A stretch of DNA of 64,000 nucleotides from Bosea sp. (in: a-proteobacteria) (GCF_035999205.1 NZ_DASYHA010000021.1:39605-103604), one strand, 5' to 3'; positions 19,679-28,431 are shown, counted from the first letter of the stretch. The notes: generated by a model from the letters alone, not told the origin. Translations and numbers: made by a program.

Positions 19679-20527
19679 TCAGACCGGGATATTGTCGATC
19701 AGGCGCGTGCCGCCGATCCGCGCCGCGACCAGAATCCGGATCGGCCCGTCCGCCAGCGACGTCACGGGGGCCAGGGACTGGGCGTGGCGCGCTTCCAGAT
19801 AATCGAGCTCGAACCCGGCGGTGATGATCTCGGTCTGCGCCTCGCTCACGGCTTGGAAGAGCGGATCCTCATTGCGGATGCGGACGGCGAGTGCCTGCAT
19901 CACCTGATGCAGCAGCGGCGCCAGCGCGCGATGCTCGGGCGAGAGGTAGCGGTTGCGCGACGACATGGCGAGGCCGTCTGGCTCGCGGATGGTCGGCAGG
20001 GGCACGATCTCGATGCCGAGATCGAGATCGGCGGCCATGCGCGTTACCACCTTCATCTGCTGGTAGTCCTTCTCGCCGAAGACGGCGAGATCGGCGCGGC
20101 TCTGGGTGAAGAGCTTGCAGCAGACCGTGGCGACGCCCTCGAAATGCGTCGGGCGGAAGCGGTCGTCGAGGCCGACGGCCGCCGGACCGAGCAGCAAGAC
20201 GCGAGTGGCGAAGCCGGGCGGGTACATTTCCTCGACCGGCGGAAAGAAGATCGCATCCGCGCCGGCTTCGACCAGCTTGGCGCAATCGTCGTCGAAGGTG
20301 CGCGGGTACTTCTTGAAGTCCTCATGCGGGGCGAACTGCGTCGGATTGACGAAGATCGTGGTGATCACGCGCCGCGCATGGCGCTGCGCTTCCTTCACCA
20401 GGGCGATATGGCCCTCATGCAGCGCGCCCATGGTCGGCACGAGGCCGACCTTCTCGCCGGCTGCGTGCCATCCAGCCACCGCGGCGCGCATCGCGGCCAC
20501 CGTCTCGAATACCGCGATCCCGGTCAT
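19679..20527 (-). CDS. panC: Pantoate--beta-alanine ligase
   Basis: Contains VGLVPTMGALHEGH (HxGH-type motif) and ...FGEKDYQQ.... Start moved to MTGIAVFE (282 aa, the usual size). Confidence 0.9.
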   Translation of the reverse strand: MTGIAVFETVAAMRAAVAGWHAAGEKVGLVPTMGALHEGHIALVKEAQRHARRVITTIFVNPTQFAPHEDFKKYPRTFDDDCAKLVEAGADAIFFPPVEEMYPPGFATRVLLLGPAAVGLDDRFRPTHFEGVATVCCKLFTQSRADLAVFGEKDYQQMKVVTRMAADLDLGIEIVPLPTIREPDGLAMSSRNRYLSPEHRALAPLLHQVMQALAVRIRNEDPLFQAVSEAQTEIITAGFELDYLEARHAQSLAPVTSLADGPIRILVAARIGGTRLIDNIPV

Positions 20528-20646
20528 CGGCGTCACCTTCTTTCGTGTGCCTGTCGCTTCGCCGGCCCTCATCCCGAAGAGGGCTGTGAAGTGGGACGCG
20601 TCGTGTCCGCTGACGGGTAGCAAATGTCCGGAGAACCGCCAATATC

Positions 20647-21396
20647 ATGCTGATGACTGACAAGACCGACAGGGCCCTGGACAAGACTGCCGGCGCGGGC
20701 GTTGGCTCCCGCCCATCGGCGCCGGGCGAGATCGACCGCTTCCTCGGAGCCGCGAAGCAATTGGCCCCGCTGGCGACGGGCCAGGCGGGGCGCCTCGTCT
20801 TCGCGCTCGACGCGACGATGAGCCGCCAGCCGACATGGGATCTCGCCTGCTCGCTGCAGGCGCGCATGTTCGATGTCGCGGCGACGAGCGGCGGGCTTGC
20901 CGTCCAGCTCGTCTATTTTCGTGGCTTTGGCGAATGCCGGGCCTCGGGCTGGATCGGCGAGCCGCGACGCCTGACCGGGCTCATGACGACGATCGCCTGC
21001 CAGGGCGGCCAAACCCAGATCGCCCGGGTCCTCAAGCATATCCGCGACGAGGCCAAGGCCGTGCCGATCCGCGCCTTCGTCCTCGTCGGCGATGCGATGG
21101 AGGAGGAGGCGGATACGCTGGCGGCGGTCGCCGGCGAACTTGGCCTGCGCGGTATCCGCGGCTTCCTCTTCCAGGAAGGAGACGACCCGGCGGCAAGCGC
21201 AGCCTTCGCCATGATGGCGCGCCTAACCGGAGGGGCGCATGCGCGCTTCGACGTGAATGCGCCGCACTCGCTGCTGGAGCTGCTGCGCGGGGCCGCGGCT
21301 TATGCCGCTGGCGGGCGCGAGGCGATGATGAAGCTCGCCGGCACGAGTCCGGCCGTACGCGGGCTGCTTGGCGCAATCGATGGAGATCGCCGGTGA
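20647..21396 (+). CDS. von Willebrand factor A (VWA) domain protein with MIDAS-like residues
   Basis: 249 aa. LVFALDATMS (DxTxS), ...CQGGQTQI... (Thr) and ...FVLVGDAMEE... (Asp) are spaced as in a MIDAS. No signal peptide. Confidence 0.7.
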   Translation: MLMTDKTDRALDKTAGAGVGSRPSAPGEIDRFLGAAKQLAPLATGQAGRLVFALDATMSRQPTWDLACSLQARMFDVAATSGGLAVQLVYFRGFGECRASGWIGEPRRLTGLMTTIACQGGQTQIARVLKHIRDEAKAVPIRAFVLVGDAMEEEADTLAAVAGELGLRGIRGFLFQEGDDPAASAAFAMMARLTGGAHARFDVNAPHSLLELLRGAAAYAAGGREAMMKLAGTSPAVRGLLGAIDGDRR

Positions 21397-22106
21397 CGCT
21401 GCTCTACGGCATCCTGGCGGTGCTGTTGTTCTGGTGGTTGTCGAAGCTCTTCGCCAGCGCCAACCCGAAGATTCTGGCCAAGGTGGTGAAGAGCGGCGGC
21501 GGCGTGCTCTCGCTCGGCGTCGCCGGGCTGTTGATGATGCGCGGCCGGATGGACATGGCGCTGTTCATGGGCGGCATCGGTGCCTGGCTGCTCGGCTGGA
21601 GCGCGACCGGCCCGGGTGGAATCCGCTTTCCCTGGGGCCAGGATGCGGCCGCGACGCCCGGCGCGCGCTCGAAGGTCACCTCGGCGCTGCTCGCGATGGA
21701 GCTCGACCATGACAGCGGGGCGATGACCGGAACGGTCAGTGGCGGCAGCTTCGCCGGGCGCAATCTCGACGATCTGTCTCTCGCCGAGATCGGTGCGCTG
21801 ATGCGCGAATGCCTGGCGCGGGATCCGGAAGGTGCCCGCCTGCTAGAGGCATATCTCGACCGCCGGTCGCCCGGCTGGCGTGAAGACGCTGATCGTCACC
21901 GCGACGCGGGGCAGGGCCGCGCGCCGGGCACGGGCGCGATGACGCATCAGGAGGCCTACGAGATCCTGGGGCTTCAGCCGGGGGCGGGCGAGGAGGCGAT
22001 CCGCGAGGCCCATCGCGCCCTGATGAAGCGCATCCACCCGGACGCCGGGGGCACCAGCGGTCTTGCCGCTCGCGTCAACCAGGCCAAGGACGTCCTTCTG
22101 AAGTGA
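21393..22106 (+). CDS. Membrane-anchored J-domain protein (Pam18/TIM14/DNAJC19-like J domain)
   Basis: GTG start overlaps the VWA stop (GTGA at 21393-21396). Has three N-terminal hydrophobic helices. The C-terminal J domain, EAYEILGL...ALMKRIHPDAGGTSGLAARVNQAKDVLLK, carries an HPD motif. Confidence 0.75.
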   Translation: MTLLYGILAVLLFWWLSKLFASANPKILAKVVKSGGGVLSLGVAGLLMMRGRMDMALFMGGIGAWLLGWSATGPGGIRFPWGQDAAATPGARSKVTSALLAMELDHDSGAMTGTVSGGSFAGRNLDDLSLAEIGALMRECLARDPEGARLLEAYLDRRSPGWREDADRHRDAGQGRAPGTGAMTHQEAYEILGLQPGAGEEAIREAHRALMKRIHPDAGGTSGLAARVNQAKDVLLK

Positions 22107-22169
22107 AGGGCCGGCGGGGAACAGGGAGGAGGTCTGGTACGTCATATCGGCGTTCCCTATCCTTGTCCG

Positions 22170-23894
22170 TCAGCCGCGGGTGGCGAAGCAGGCGAAGCCG
22201 TCGCGCTTGAGCTTGGCGCAGGCGTTCTGAGCGTCCTTGGATTCCTCGAAGCCGGCGAAGCGGGCGCGGAAGAGCGTCGAGCCGCCCTTCTCCACCTTCT
22301 CCGTGAAGCCCGAGGCGACGGCGAGCGGACCGGAGGCCTTGGCGCGGGCGCGGGCGAGGATGTCCTTGGCCTTGGCTTCATCGTCGGTCGCGCCGAGCTG
22401 GATGATCCATTTGCCGGCGGTGGCGACGGCCGGGCGGTTCTCGCTCGCCTTCACCGGCTCGGGAGCCTTCTCGGCGAGCTTGGCGAGCGTGGTCGTGCCC
22501 GCGTCGCGCGCCTTCTCGGTCGGGCCGGGGAGTGGGGCGGCGGCGGGAGCCGGGGCGGACTTGTGCTCGGCAAGCTTGGCGACCGGCTTCTCCTCGGGCT
22601 CGGCCACCTTGGCGATCGAGGAGGTGACGTCGACATTCGCCGGCGGGCGCATGATCTTGCCGTCGGCCGCCGGGGCGCCGATCGACCAGCGCATGGCCGG
22701 CGGGGTCGTCGTCGCGGTGACGGGGCGCATGCCCGAGATCTGCAGTTGCTGCGCGTTGGCGCTCAGCGGGCGCGGCGGCGCGATCGGGGTCGTGGTCGGG
22801 ACGGGCGCATAGGCGCGGGCCGCGGCCGGGACGGGCGCCTCGGCCTCGATGCGCGGACGCGGCACCGGGATCGGCGCAGGCTCGGCCGGGGCGGCGGCCA
22901 CGACCGGGGCAGCGGCCACGACCGGGGCAGCCGGGCGCTGGCGCTCATGCACGCGCTCCTGCGGCCTCTCTTCCGGCTCAGGGGCTTCGGCGACCATGGT
23001 CGAAGCGCGACCGCTGGTGGCAGCCTTGGGCAGGTTGGCGACGACGAGGTCGGCCATGATCTTGTCGCGCGAGGCGCCGGAGCGCCCGCCGAGCACGACC
23101 GAGACGACATGGCGGCCATCGGCCTTGGCCGAGGTCATCAGGTTGAAGCCGGAGAGGTTGGTGTAGCCGGTCTTGATCCCGTCCACGCCCTCGATCCGGC
23201 CGAGCAGCTTGTTGTGGTTGCGGTAGGCGCCGCCGGCATAGTTGAACACCCGCGTCGAGAACATCGGGTAGTAGCGCGGGAAGCGCTCCTGGATCGCGCG
23301 GGCGAGGATGGTCAGGTCCCGCGCGGTCGTGATGTTCGGCGGGCTGTGGGGCAGGCCGTGCGGATTGTAGAAGGTCGAGCTGCGCATGCCGAGCGAGCGC
23401 GCCCGGGCGGTCATCATGCGGGCGAATTCGTCCTCGGAGCCGGCGACGTTCTCGGCGATCGCGACGGCGACGTCATTCGCGGATTTGGTGATGAGCGCCA
23501 GGATGGCGTCGCGCACCTCGATGGTCTCGCCCGGCGTGAAGCCGATCTTCGAGGGAGCCTGACGCGCCGCATAGGCGGAGACCGTCAACTCGGAGTTCAT
23601 GTTGAACTTGCCGCGCTCGAGCTGCTCGAACAGCAAATAGAGCGTCATCACCTTGGTGATCGAGGCGGGGATGCGCGGGGCGTCCTCATTGACCGCATGC
23701 AGGGTGCGGCCGGACTTCACGTCCACGACCATCGCGGCATAAGGAGGGGCGTAGCCGCCACCGACATGGCGCCGCTTCTTGCGCGCCGCTTCGGCGGGAG
23801 ACGCGACGGCTGCGACCGCAACCGCGGCGATACCGATCATTCCGACGAGCGCGCGAAAACGCACGCGCCGGGACCCAACGCAACTGAACACCAT
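22170..23894 (-). CDS. D-alanyl-D-alanine carboxypeptidase (S11 PBP) with Ala/Pro-rich linker and C-terminal SPOR domain
   Basis: Contains SITK (SxxK), SAND (SxN) and KTGYT (KTG). The C-terminus GKWIIQLGATDDEAKAKDIL...FRARFAGFEESKDAQNACAKLKRDGFACFA is SPOR-like. Confidence 0.85.
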   Translation of the reverse strand: MVFSCVGSRRVRFRALVGMIGIAAVAVAAVASPAEAARKKRRHVGGGYAPPYAAMVVDVKSGRTLHAVNEDAPRIPASITKVMTLYLLFEQLERGKFNMNSELTVSAYAARQAPSKIGFTPGETIEVRDAILALITKSANDVAVAIAENVAGSEDEFARMMTARARSLGMRSSTFYNPHGLPHSPPNITTARDLTILARAIQERFPRYYPMFSTRVFNYAGGAYRNHNKLLGRIEGVDGIKTGYTNLSGFNLMTSAKADGRHVVSVVLGGRSGASRDKIMADLVVANLPKAATSGRASTMVAEAPEPEERPQERVHERQRPAAPVVAAAPVVAAAPAEPAPIPVPRPRIEAEAPVPAAARAYAPVPTTTPIAPPRPLSANAQQLQISGMRPVTATTTPPAMRWSIGAPAADGKIMRPPANVDVTSSIAKVAEPEEKPVAKLAEHKSAPAPAAAPLPGPTEKARDAGTTTLAKLAEKAPEPVKASENRPAVATAGKWIIQLGATDDEAKAKDILARARAKASGPLAVASGFTEKVEKGGSTLFRARFAGFEESKDAQNACAKLKRDGFACFATRG

Positions 23895-24043
23895 GGACCT
23901 GCCTCAACCAGAACTCTCGTCCCGGTCCCAAGGCCGCATCTGGCGACGTGGCATATGGGACACAGTGAGGGAGGTTAGGACGATGCGGTTACGGAGCCGT
24001 TAAAAAGCTAACGATCTCGGCGGGGCGCGCGGATGCGGGGAGC

Positions 24044-24100
24044 CTGCGTCTGATGCAATGCAGCGTGTCCTTGACATTCATGTTGCGGTGCACAATATGA
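24044..24100 (+). promoter_or_regulatory. Candidate sigma-70-type promoter with TGC-rich inverted repeats upstream of the phasin gene
   Basis: Perfect TTGACA at 24071-24076, a 17-nt spacer, then aatatg. CTGC-N12-GCAG at 24044-24063, and ttgcggtgcac within the spacer. Purely sequence-based. Confidence 0.3.
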
Positions 24101-24203
24101 GGGCAGTCCCGGTGGTGAACGCTTTTCATCTGGCTTTGGGGCGAGAAACCCGGGCCGTCAGGCTCGTCAGCAAGAGGCGGCACTCCGTGCCGAGGGAAGA
24201 AAC

Positions 24204-24545
24204 ATGATCCAGCAGTTCGAGACGATCCAGAAGGCCTCCAAAGAGAACGTCGATGCGGCCCTGAAGGCTTTCGGCGCCACCTCGAAGAGCGTCCAGACCA
24301 TCGCCGTCGAGGCGACCGACTATGCCAAGAAGTCGTTCGAAGCCGGCACCGCGACGCTCGAGAAGCTCGCCGCCGTCAAGACCTTCGACAAGGCGCTCGA
24401 GATCCAGGCCGACTACATCAAGACCGCCTTCGAGGGCGCGGTCGCTCAGGCGACCAAGATGGGCGAGCTCTACACCTCGCTGGCCAAGGACGCCTACAAG
24501 CCGTTCGAAGGCATCGTCGCCAAGGTCGCTCCGGCCACCAAGTGA
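24204..24545 (+). CDS. Phasin-family (PHA granule-associated) protein
   Basis: 113 aa, all-helical, typical phasin sequence (…KENVDAALKAFGATSKSVQTIAVEATDYAKKSFEAGTATLEKL…). Confidence 0.85.
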   Translation: MIQQFETIQKASKENVDAALKAFGATSKSVQTIAVEATDYAKKSFEAGTATLEKLAAVKTFDKALEIQADYIKTAFEGAVAQATKMGELYTSLAKDAYKPFEGIVAKVAPATK

Positions 24546-24593
24546 GCTGAGGTCGCGCCGCGGATAGCGGCGCCGGCTCGCTGATACGATACG

Positions 24594-24620
24594 AAGCCCG
24601 GCCTCACGGCCGGGCTTTTT
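24594..24620 (+). terminator. Rho-independent terminator of the phasin gene
   Basis: aagcccggcc-tcac-ggccgggctt followed by ttttt. Confidence 0.75.
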
Positions 24621-24744
24621 GCGTTGCACCGATCCGTGACAAACCTGCCGCCTGTTTGAACCGATTGAAAACTGTCGCGAGGAGGCGCATGTCTTGGCGG
24701 ATCGTCGCGGCGTGCCGCGGCCTGCAAGCCAGTGGTCCCTTCCC

Positions 24745-26274
24745 ATGCTCGACAAAGCGATCCCGCCGCGTACCCTCACGCTCAACGCTGCCGACAATGT
24801 CGCAGTCGCCGTCGATCCGATCGATGTCGGTGTCACTGCGGCAGGCGTCACGGCGCTGAAGCGGATTCCGCGCGGCCACAAGCTGGCGCTGGCGCCGATT
24901 GCGACCGGCGAGCCGATCCGGAAATTCGGCCAGATCATCGGCTTCGCCACGGTCGACATTCCGCCCGGCGAATGGGTGCATGAGCACAATACCGGCTTCC
25001 ATTCCTTCGAGCGCGACTATGCCTTCTGCGCCGAGGCCAAGCCCGAATTCGTGCTGCCGGTCGAACAGCAGGCGACCTTCCAGGGCTTCCGCCGCGCCAA
25101 TGGCAAGGCCGGGACGCGCAATTACGTCGGCATCCTGACCTCGGTGAACTGCTCGGCTTCCGCCGCGCGCTTCATGGCCGAGGAGGTCAAGCGCTCCGGC
25201 CTGCTCGCCGATTATCCGAACGTGGACGGCGTCATCGCGCTGACCCACGGCACCGGCTGCGGCATCGACTACAATGGCGAGAGCTTCGAGGTGCTGAAGC
25301 GGACGACCTGGGGCTATGCTTGCAATCCGAACATGGCGGCCGTGCTTGTCGTCGGCCTCGGCTGCGAGGGCTTCCAGATCAAGCGCATGAAGGACGCCTA
25401 TGGCGTCGAGGAAAGCGACGTCTTCCGGACGCTGACGATCCAGGAAACCGGCGGCACCAAGAAGGCTGTCGCCGCCGGAATCGAGGCGCTCAAGGTCATG
25501 CTGCCGATCGCCAACCGCGCGACGCGCGAGACGGTACCGGCTTCCGAACTGATGCTGGCCCTGCAATGCGGCGGCTCGGACGGCTATTCCGGCATCACCG
25601 CCAATCCGGCTCTGGGCAAGGCCGTCGACATCCTCGTCGAGCATGGCGGCACGGCGATCCTTTCCGAGACGCCGGAGATCTACGGAGCCGAGCATCTGCT
25701 GACGCGCCGCGCCGCGACCCGCGAGGTCGGCGAGAAGCTCGTCGGCATCATCAAGTGGTGGGAGGACTATACGGCGCGCGCCCGGATGGACATGAACAAC
25801 AACCCGTCGCCGGGCAACAAGGCCGGCGGGCTCACGACCATTCTGGAGAAGTCGCTGGGTGCCGCGGCCAAGGGCGGCACCAAGACGCTCGCCGCCGTCT
25901 ACAATTACGCCGAGCCGGTGAAGTCCAAGGGCTTCGTCTACATGGACACGCCCGGCTACGACCCGGTCTCGGCGACGGGCCAGGTCGCCGGCGGCGCCAA
26001 TATCCTCGCCTTCACGACAGGCCGCGGCTCGGCCTATGGCTGCAAGCCGACGCCCTCGGTCAAGCTCGCGACCAACACGCCGATGTATCTGAAGCAGACC
26101 GACGACATGGACATCAACTGCGGCGATGTCCTCGACGGCGTGACGCTTGAGGAGAAGGGGCAGGAGATCTTCGACTACCTGCTGCGCATCGCGTCAGGCG
26201 AACATTCGAAGTCCGAAGAGATGGGCTACGGCGACGCCGAGTTCGTGCCCTGGCAGATCGGCGCGACGATGTGA
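24745..26274 (+). CDS. UxaA-family dehydratase (altronate/galactarate dehydratase-like)
   Basis: N-terminal SAF-like domain (NVAVAV…IPRGHKLAL…) and a large UxaA C-domain (…GTRNYVGILTSVNCSA…, …LQCGGSDGYSGITANP…). Start moved to MLDKAIPP at 24745. Confidence 0.85.
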   Translation: MLDKAIPPRTLTLNAADNVAVAVDPIDVGVTAAGVTALKRIPRGHKLALAPIATGEPIRKFGQIIGFATVDIPPGEWVHEHNTGFHSFERDYAFCAEAKPEFVLPVEQQATFQGFRRANGKAGTRNYVGILTSVNCSASAARFMAEEVKRSGLLADYPNVDGVIALTHGTGCGIDYNGESFEVLKRTTWGYACNPNMAAVLVVGLGCEGFQIKRMKDAYGVEESDVFRTLTIQETGGTKKAVAAGIEALKVMLPIANRATRETVPASELMLALQCGGSDGYSGITANPALGKAVDILVEHGGTAILSETPEIYGAEHLLTRRAATREVGEKLVGIIKWWEDYTARARMDMNNNPSPGNKAGGLTTILEKSLGAAAKGGTKTLAAVYNYAEPVKSKGFVYMDTPGYDPVSATGQVAGGANILAFTTGRGSAYGCKPTPSVKLATNTPMYLKQTDDMDINCGDVLDGVTLEEKGQEIFDYLLRIASGEHSKSEEMGYGDAEFVPWQIGATM

Positions 26275-26618
26275 TGATTCACGATATCAATGTTCTGCAT
26301 GCGGTCGCCTGCAATCCCGGCGCGGTGGCCTGCAGAACCGGGCGCTGTGAACCTCGCTCACTTTAACCTCCAATTTGCAGGCGGGCATGGCGCTGCGCAG
26401 CGACAGTCTGTTAGGCACGTCGTCGCCTGTGCCTCGCATCGCTGCAGGGCGCCCATTTCCGACGCCGTGATAGGCGTGGACGCGAGCGCCTGATTTGTCA
26501 TTTCGGCCCCCAATCTCTCGATTTGGCCGAGCGAAGGCGCCCGCGAGTGCCGGCGGTCCTTACCCTTGGTCATTCCGCCGCTTTGCGGTATCCGGCAGCT
26601 TCAGCTTCGAGGACTGCC

Positions 26619-27410
26619 ATGCCGAGTTCGACCGTATGTCGTGAAGAGCATTTTTCAACCGAATGGCATCGGTGCTTTGCCCAACGGCTCGGATTGGGAG
26701 ATGTCGTCAATCGAAAGGCTTGGGAATTTACGGCGATTACCGCGGCTCTCGACGAGCGCGGTATGCTGCAACCGGGCCGTCGCGGCCTCGGCTTCGCCGT
26801 CGGGCGCGAGCCATTGAGTTCGTACTTTGCAGCATGTGGCGTCGACGTGCTCGCGACGGACCTCGGGTTGGGAGCGAAGAGGCCGAGCTGGACCAACCGC
26901 GCGCAGCATGCCGACACTCCTGACGCTATTCACTTTCCGAGTATCGTCGATCGAGCGATCTTCGATGAACGCGTCGCGTTCCGCGCGGCGGACATGCGCA
27001 AGTTGGACGACGATCTCGGTGTCAGTTCCTACGACTTCCTCTGGAGCGCCTGTGCGTTCGAGCACCTCGGGAGCCTGCGAAAGGGTACGGATTTCGTGCG
27101 CGATGCCATGCGTTTCCTGAAACCGGGCGGATTGGCGGTACACACAACCGAGTACAATGTCTCGTCGAATACAAAGACGGTGACGCGTGGACCGGCGGTG
27201 GTCTATCGTCGGCGGGATCTGGAAGAGCTGGATTATTCGCTCCGCATGCTTCGCTGCGGAATAGAAAAGATCGACTTCGATGCGGGCACAGGACCTCGGG
27301 ATCTGAATTACGACGAGCCGCTCAAGACAGGTCAAGGCCGCGATCACATCAAGTTGGCAGGTTTCGGGGTCGTTTTCACCTCGGTGCTGCTCGTCATTCG
27401 CAAGGGTTGA
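26619..27410 (+). CDS. Class I SAM-dependent methyltransferase-like protein (orphan, lower GC)
   Basis: RRGLGFAVGREPLSSYFAACGVDVLATDL (motif I-like) and ...YDFLWSACAFEHLGS...FLKPGGLAVHTTE. Two 60-nt samples inside the gene gave 53% GC. Start moved to MPSSTV. Confidence 0.6.
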   Translation: MPSSTVCREEHFSTEWHRCFAQRLGLGDVVNRKAWEFTAITAALDERGMLQPGRRGLGFAVGREPLSSYFAACGVDVLATDLGLGAKRPSWTNRAQHADTPDAIHFPSIVDRAIFDERVAFRAADMRKLDDDLGVSSYDFLWSACAFEHLGSLRKGTDFVRDAMRFLKPGGLAVHTTEYNVSSNTKTVTRGPAVVYRRRDLEELDYSLRMLRCGIEKIDFDAGTGPRDLNYDEPLKTGQGRDHIKLAGFGVVFTSVLLVIRKG

Positions 27411-27456
27411 AAGCGCGCCGGCGAAGCCTCGCCATGCCGGCTGCAAGCGCTGGAGG

Positions 27457-28431
27457 TCAGCCCTGCAGCAGCCTGACGCGCGTGCCCCAGGGGTCGGCGC
27501 TTTCGAAGCCGCCGGCCACGGGCGCGGTAGCCACACCTGCCGCCGCGAAACGCTCGGCCTTGGCCGTCATCAGCTCCGGCTTCTCCGTCATCAGTGAGAA
27601 CCAGGCGAGCCCTGTGCTGCTGTCGTCGCGTCGGCCGGCGCCGGCGCTGTTCCAGGTGTTCATCGCCAGATGGTGGTGATAGCCGCCCGAGGACAGGAAG
27701 CTCGCCGTATCGCGCCGGCTCGTTGCCGACAGTCCGAGCAGATCCTTGTAGAATTTGTCGCCGGCCGCGACATCGCCGACGCGCAGATGGACATGGCCGA
27801 TGCGCAGCCCGTCCGGCGCCCTGGCGTAGTTGGTCGCCTGAGTGTCGGTCAGCGTGAGGATGTCGTCGACATCGAGGCGATGCGTCCCCATCACGACGCG
27901 GCCGGCCTCCCAGCGCCAGCGCTCGGCCGGGCGGTCGGCATAGACCTCGATGCCGTTGCCCTCGGGATCGTTGAGATAGACCGCCTCGCTGACGCTGTGG
28001 TCGGCGAAGCCGGTCAGCGGCGTCTGGTTGCGCGCGACATGCACCAGCCAGCGCGCGAGGTCCTTGCGCGTCGGCATCAGGAAGGCCGTGTGGAACAGGC
28101 CGGCCTGCGTCGGTGGCTCCAGGGCAGCGCCGGGGCGGGAAGCCAGCGTCAGCAAGGCGCCGTCCGCAGTGCCGAGGGTCACGGCGCCTTCGCCGCGCGC
28201 CAGCACCGAAAGCCCGAGCACGTCCCGGTAGAAGGCACTGACGCGCTCGATGTCGCGCACGCGCAGCGCAGCCTGACCAATGCGCAGCGGCGTCTTGTTG
28301 GCGAAGCCCGGTCCGGCCGGCGGCGCCGCGACCGGGCCGCCCTCGGCCTGGGCCGCGCCCGTCATGGCGGCGGTGAGCGAGGATGCGCCGGCGAGGTGCA
28401 GCAGCGTGCGACGGGTGAGGGCGATCGTCAT
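27457..28431 (-). CDS. Tat-signal-bearing two-domain VOC (glyoxalase/extradiol dioxygenase fold) protein
   Basis: MTIALTRRTLLHLAGASSLTAAMTGAAQA is followed by two VOC modules (…LRVRDIERVSAFYRDVLGL… and …HVHLRVGDVAAGDKFYKDLLGL…). Start moved to 28431. Confidence 0.75.
   Translation of the reverse strand: MTIALTRRTLLHLAGASSLTAAMTGAAQAEGGPVAAPPAGPGFANKTPLRIGQAALRVRDIERVSAFYRDVLGLSVLARGEGAVTLGTADGALLTLASRPGAALEPPTQAGLFHTAFLMPTRKDLARWLVHVARNQTPLTGFADHSVSEAVYLNDPEGNGIEVYADRPAERWRWEAGRVVMGTHRLDVDDILTLTDTQATNYARAPDGLRIGHVHLRVGDVAAGDKFYKDLLGLSATSRRDTASFLSSGGYHHHLAMNTWNSAGAGRRDDSSTGLAWFSLMTEKPELMTAKAERFAAAGVATAPVAGGFESADPWGTRVRLLQG

Noticed and set aside
20835-21392. 5' 186 codons of the 423-aa track ORF 20835-22106
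   Set aside because: This part overlaps the VWA gene in another frame and translates to Arg/Pro/Gly-rich nonsense. The J-protein begins at the GTG at 21393, which overlaps the VWA stop.
22107-22169. gggaggagg motif (CCUCCUCCC on the minus strand) between convergent genes, reminiscent of anti-SD loops of alphaproteobacterial sRNAs
   Set aside because: It is a single occurrence in a 63-nt spacer, with no flanking promoter or terminator and no convincing stem-loop architecture.
22894-22929. Perfect 18-nt x2 tandem repeat (gcggccacgaccggggca) in the PBP linker, and an imperfect 18-nt x2 repeat at 40353-40388 in the SPOR protein
   Set aside because: These are in-frame duplications inside Ala/Pro-rich disordered linkers (AAPVVAAAPVVAAAP; AKVQEPAKVQER). 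Likely neutral length variation rather than a functional element.
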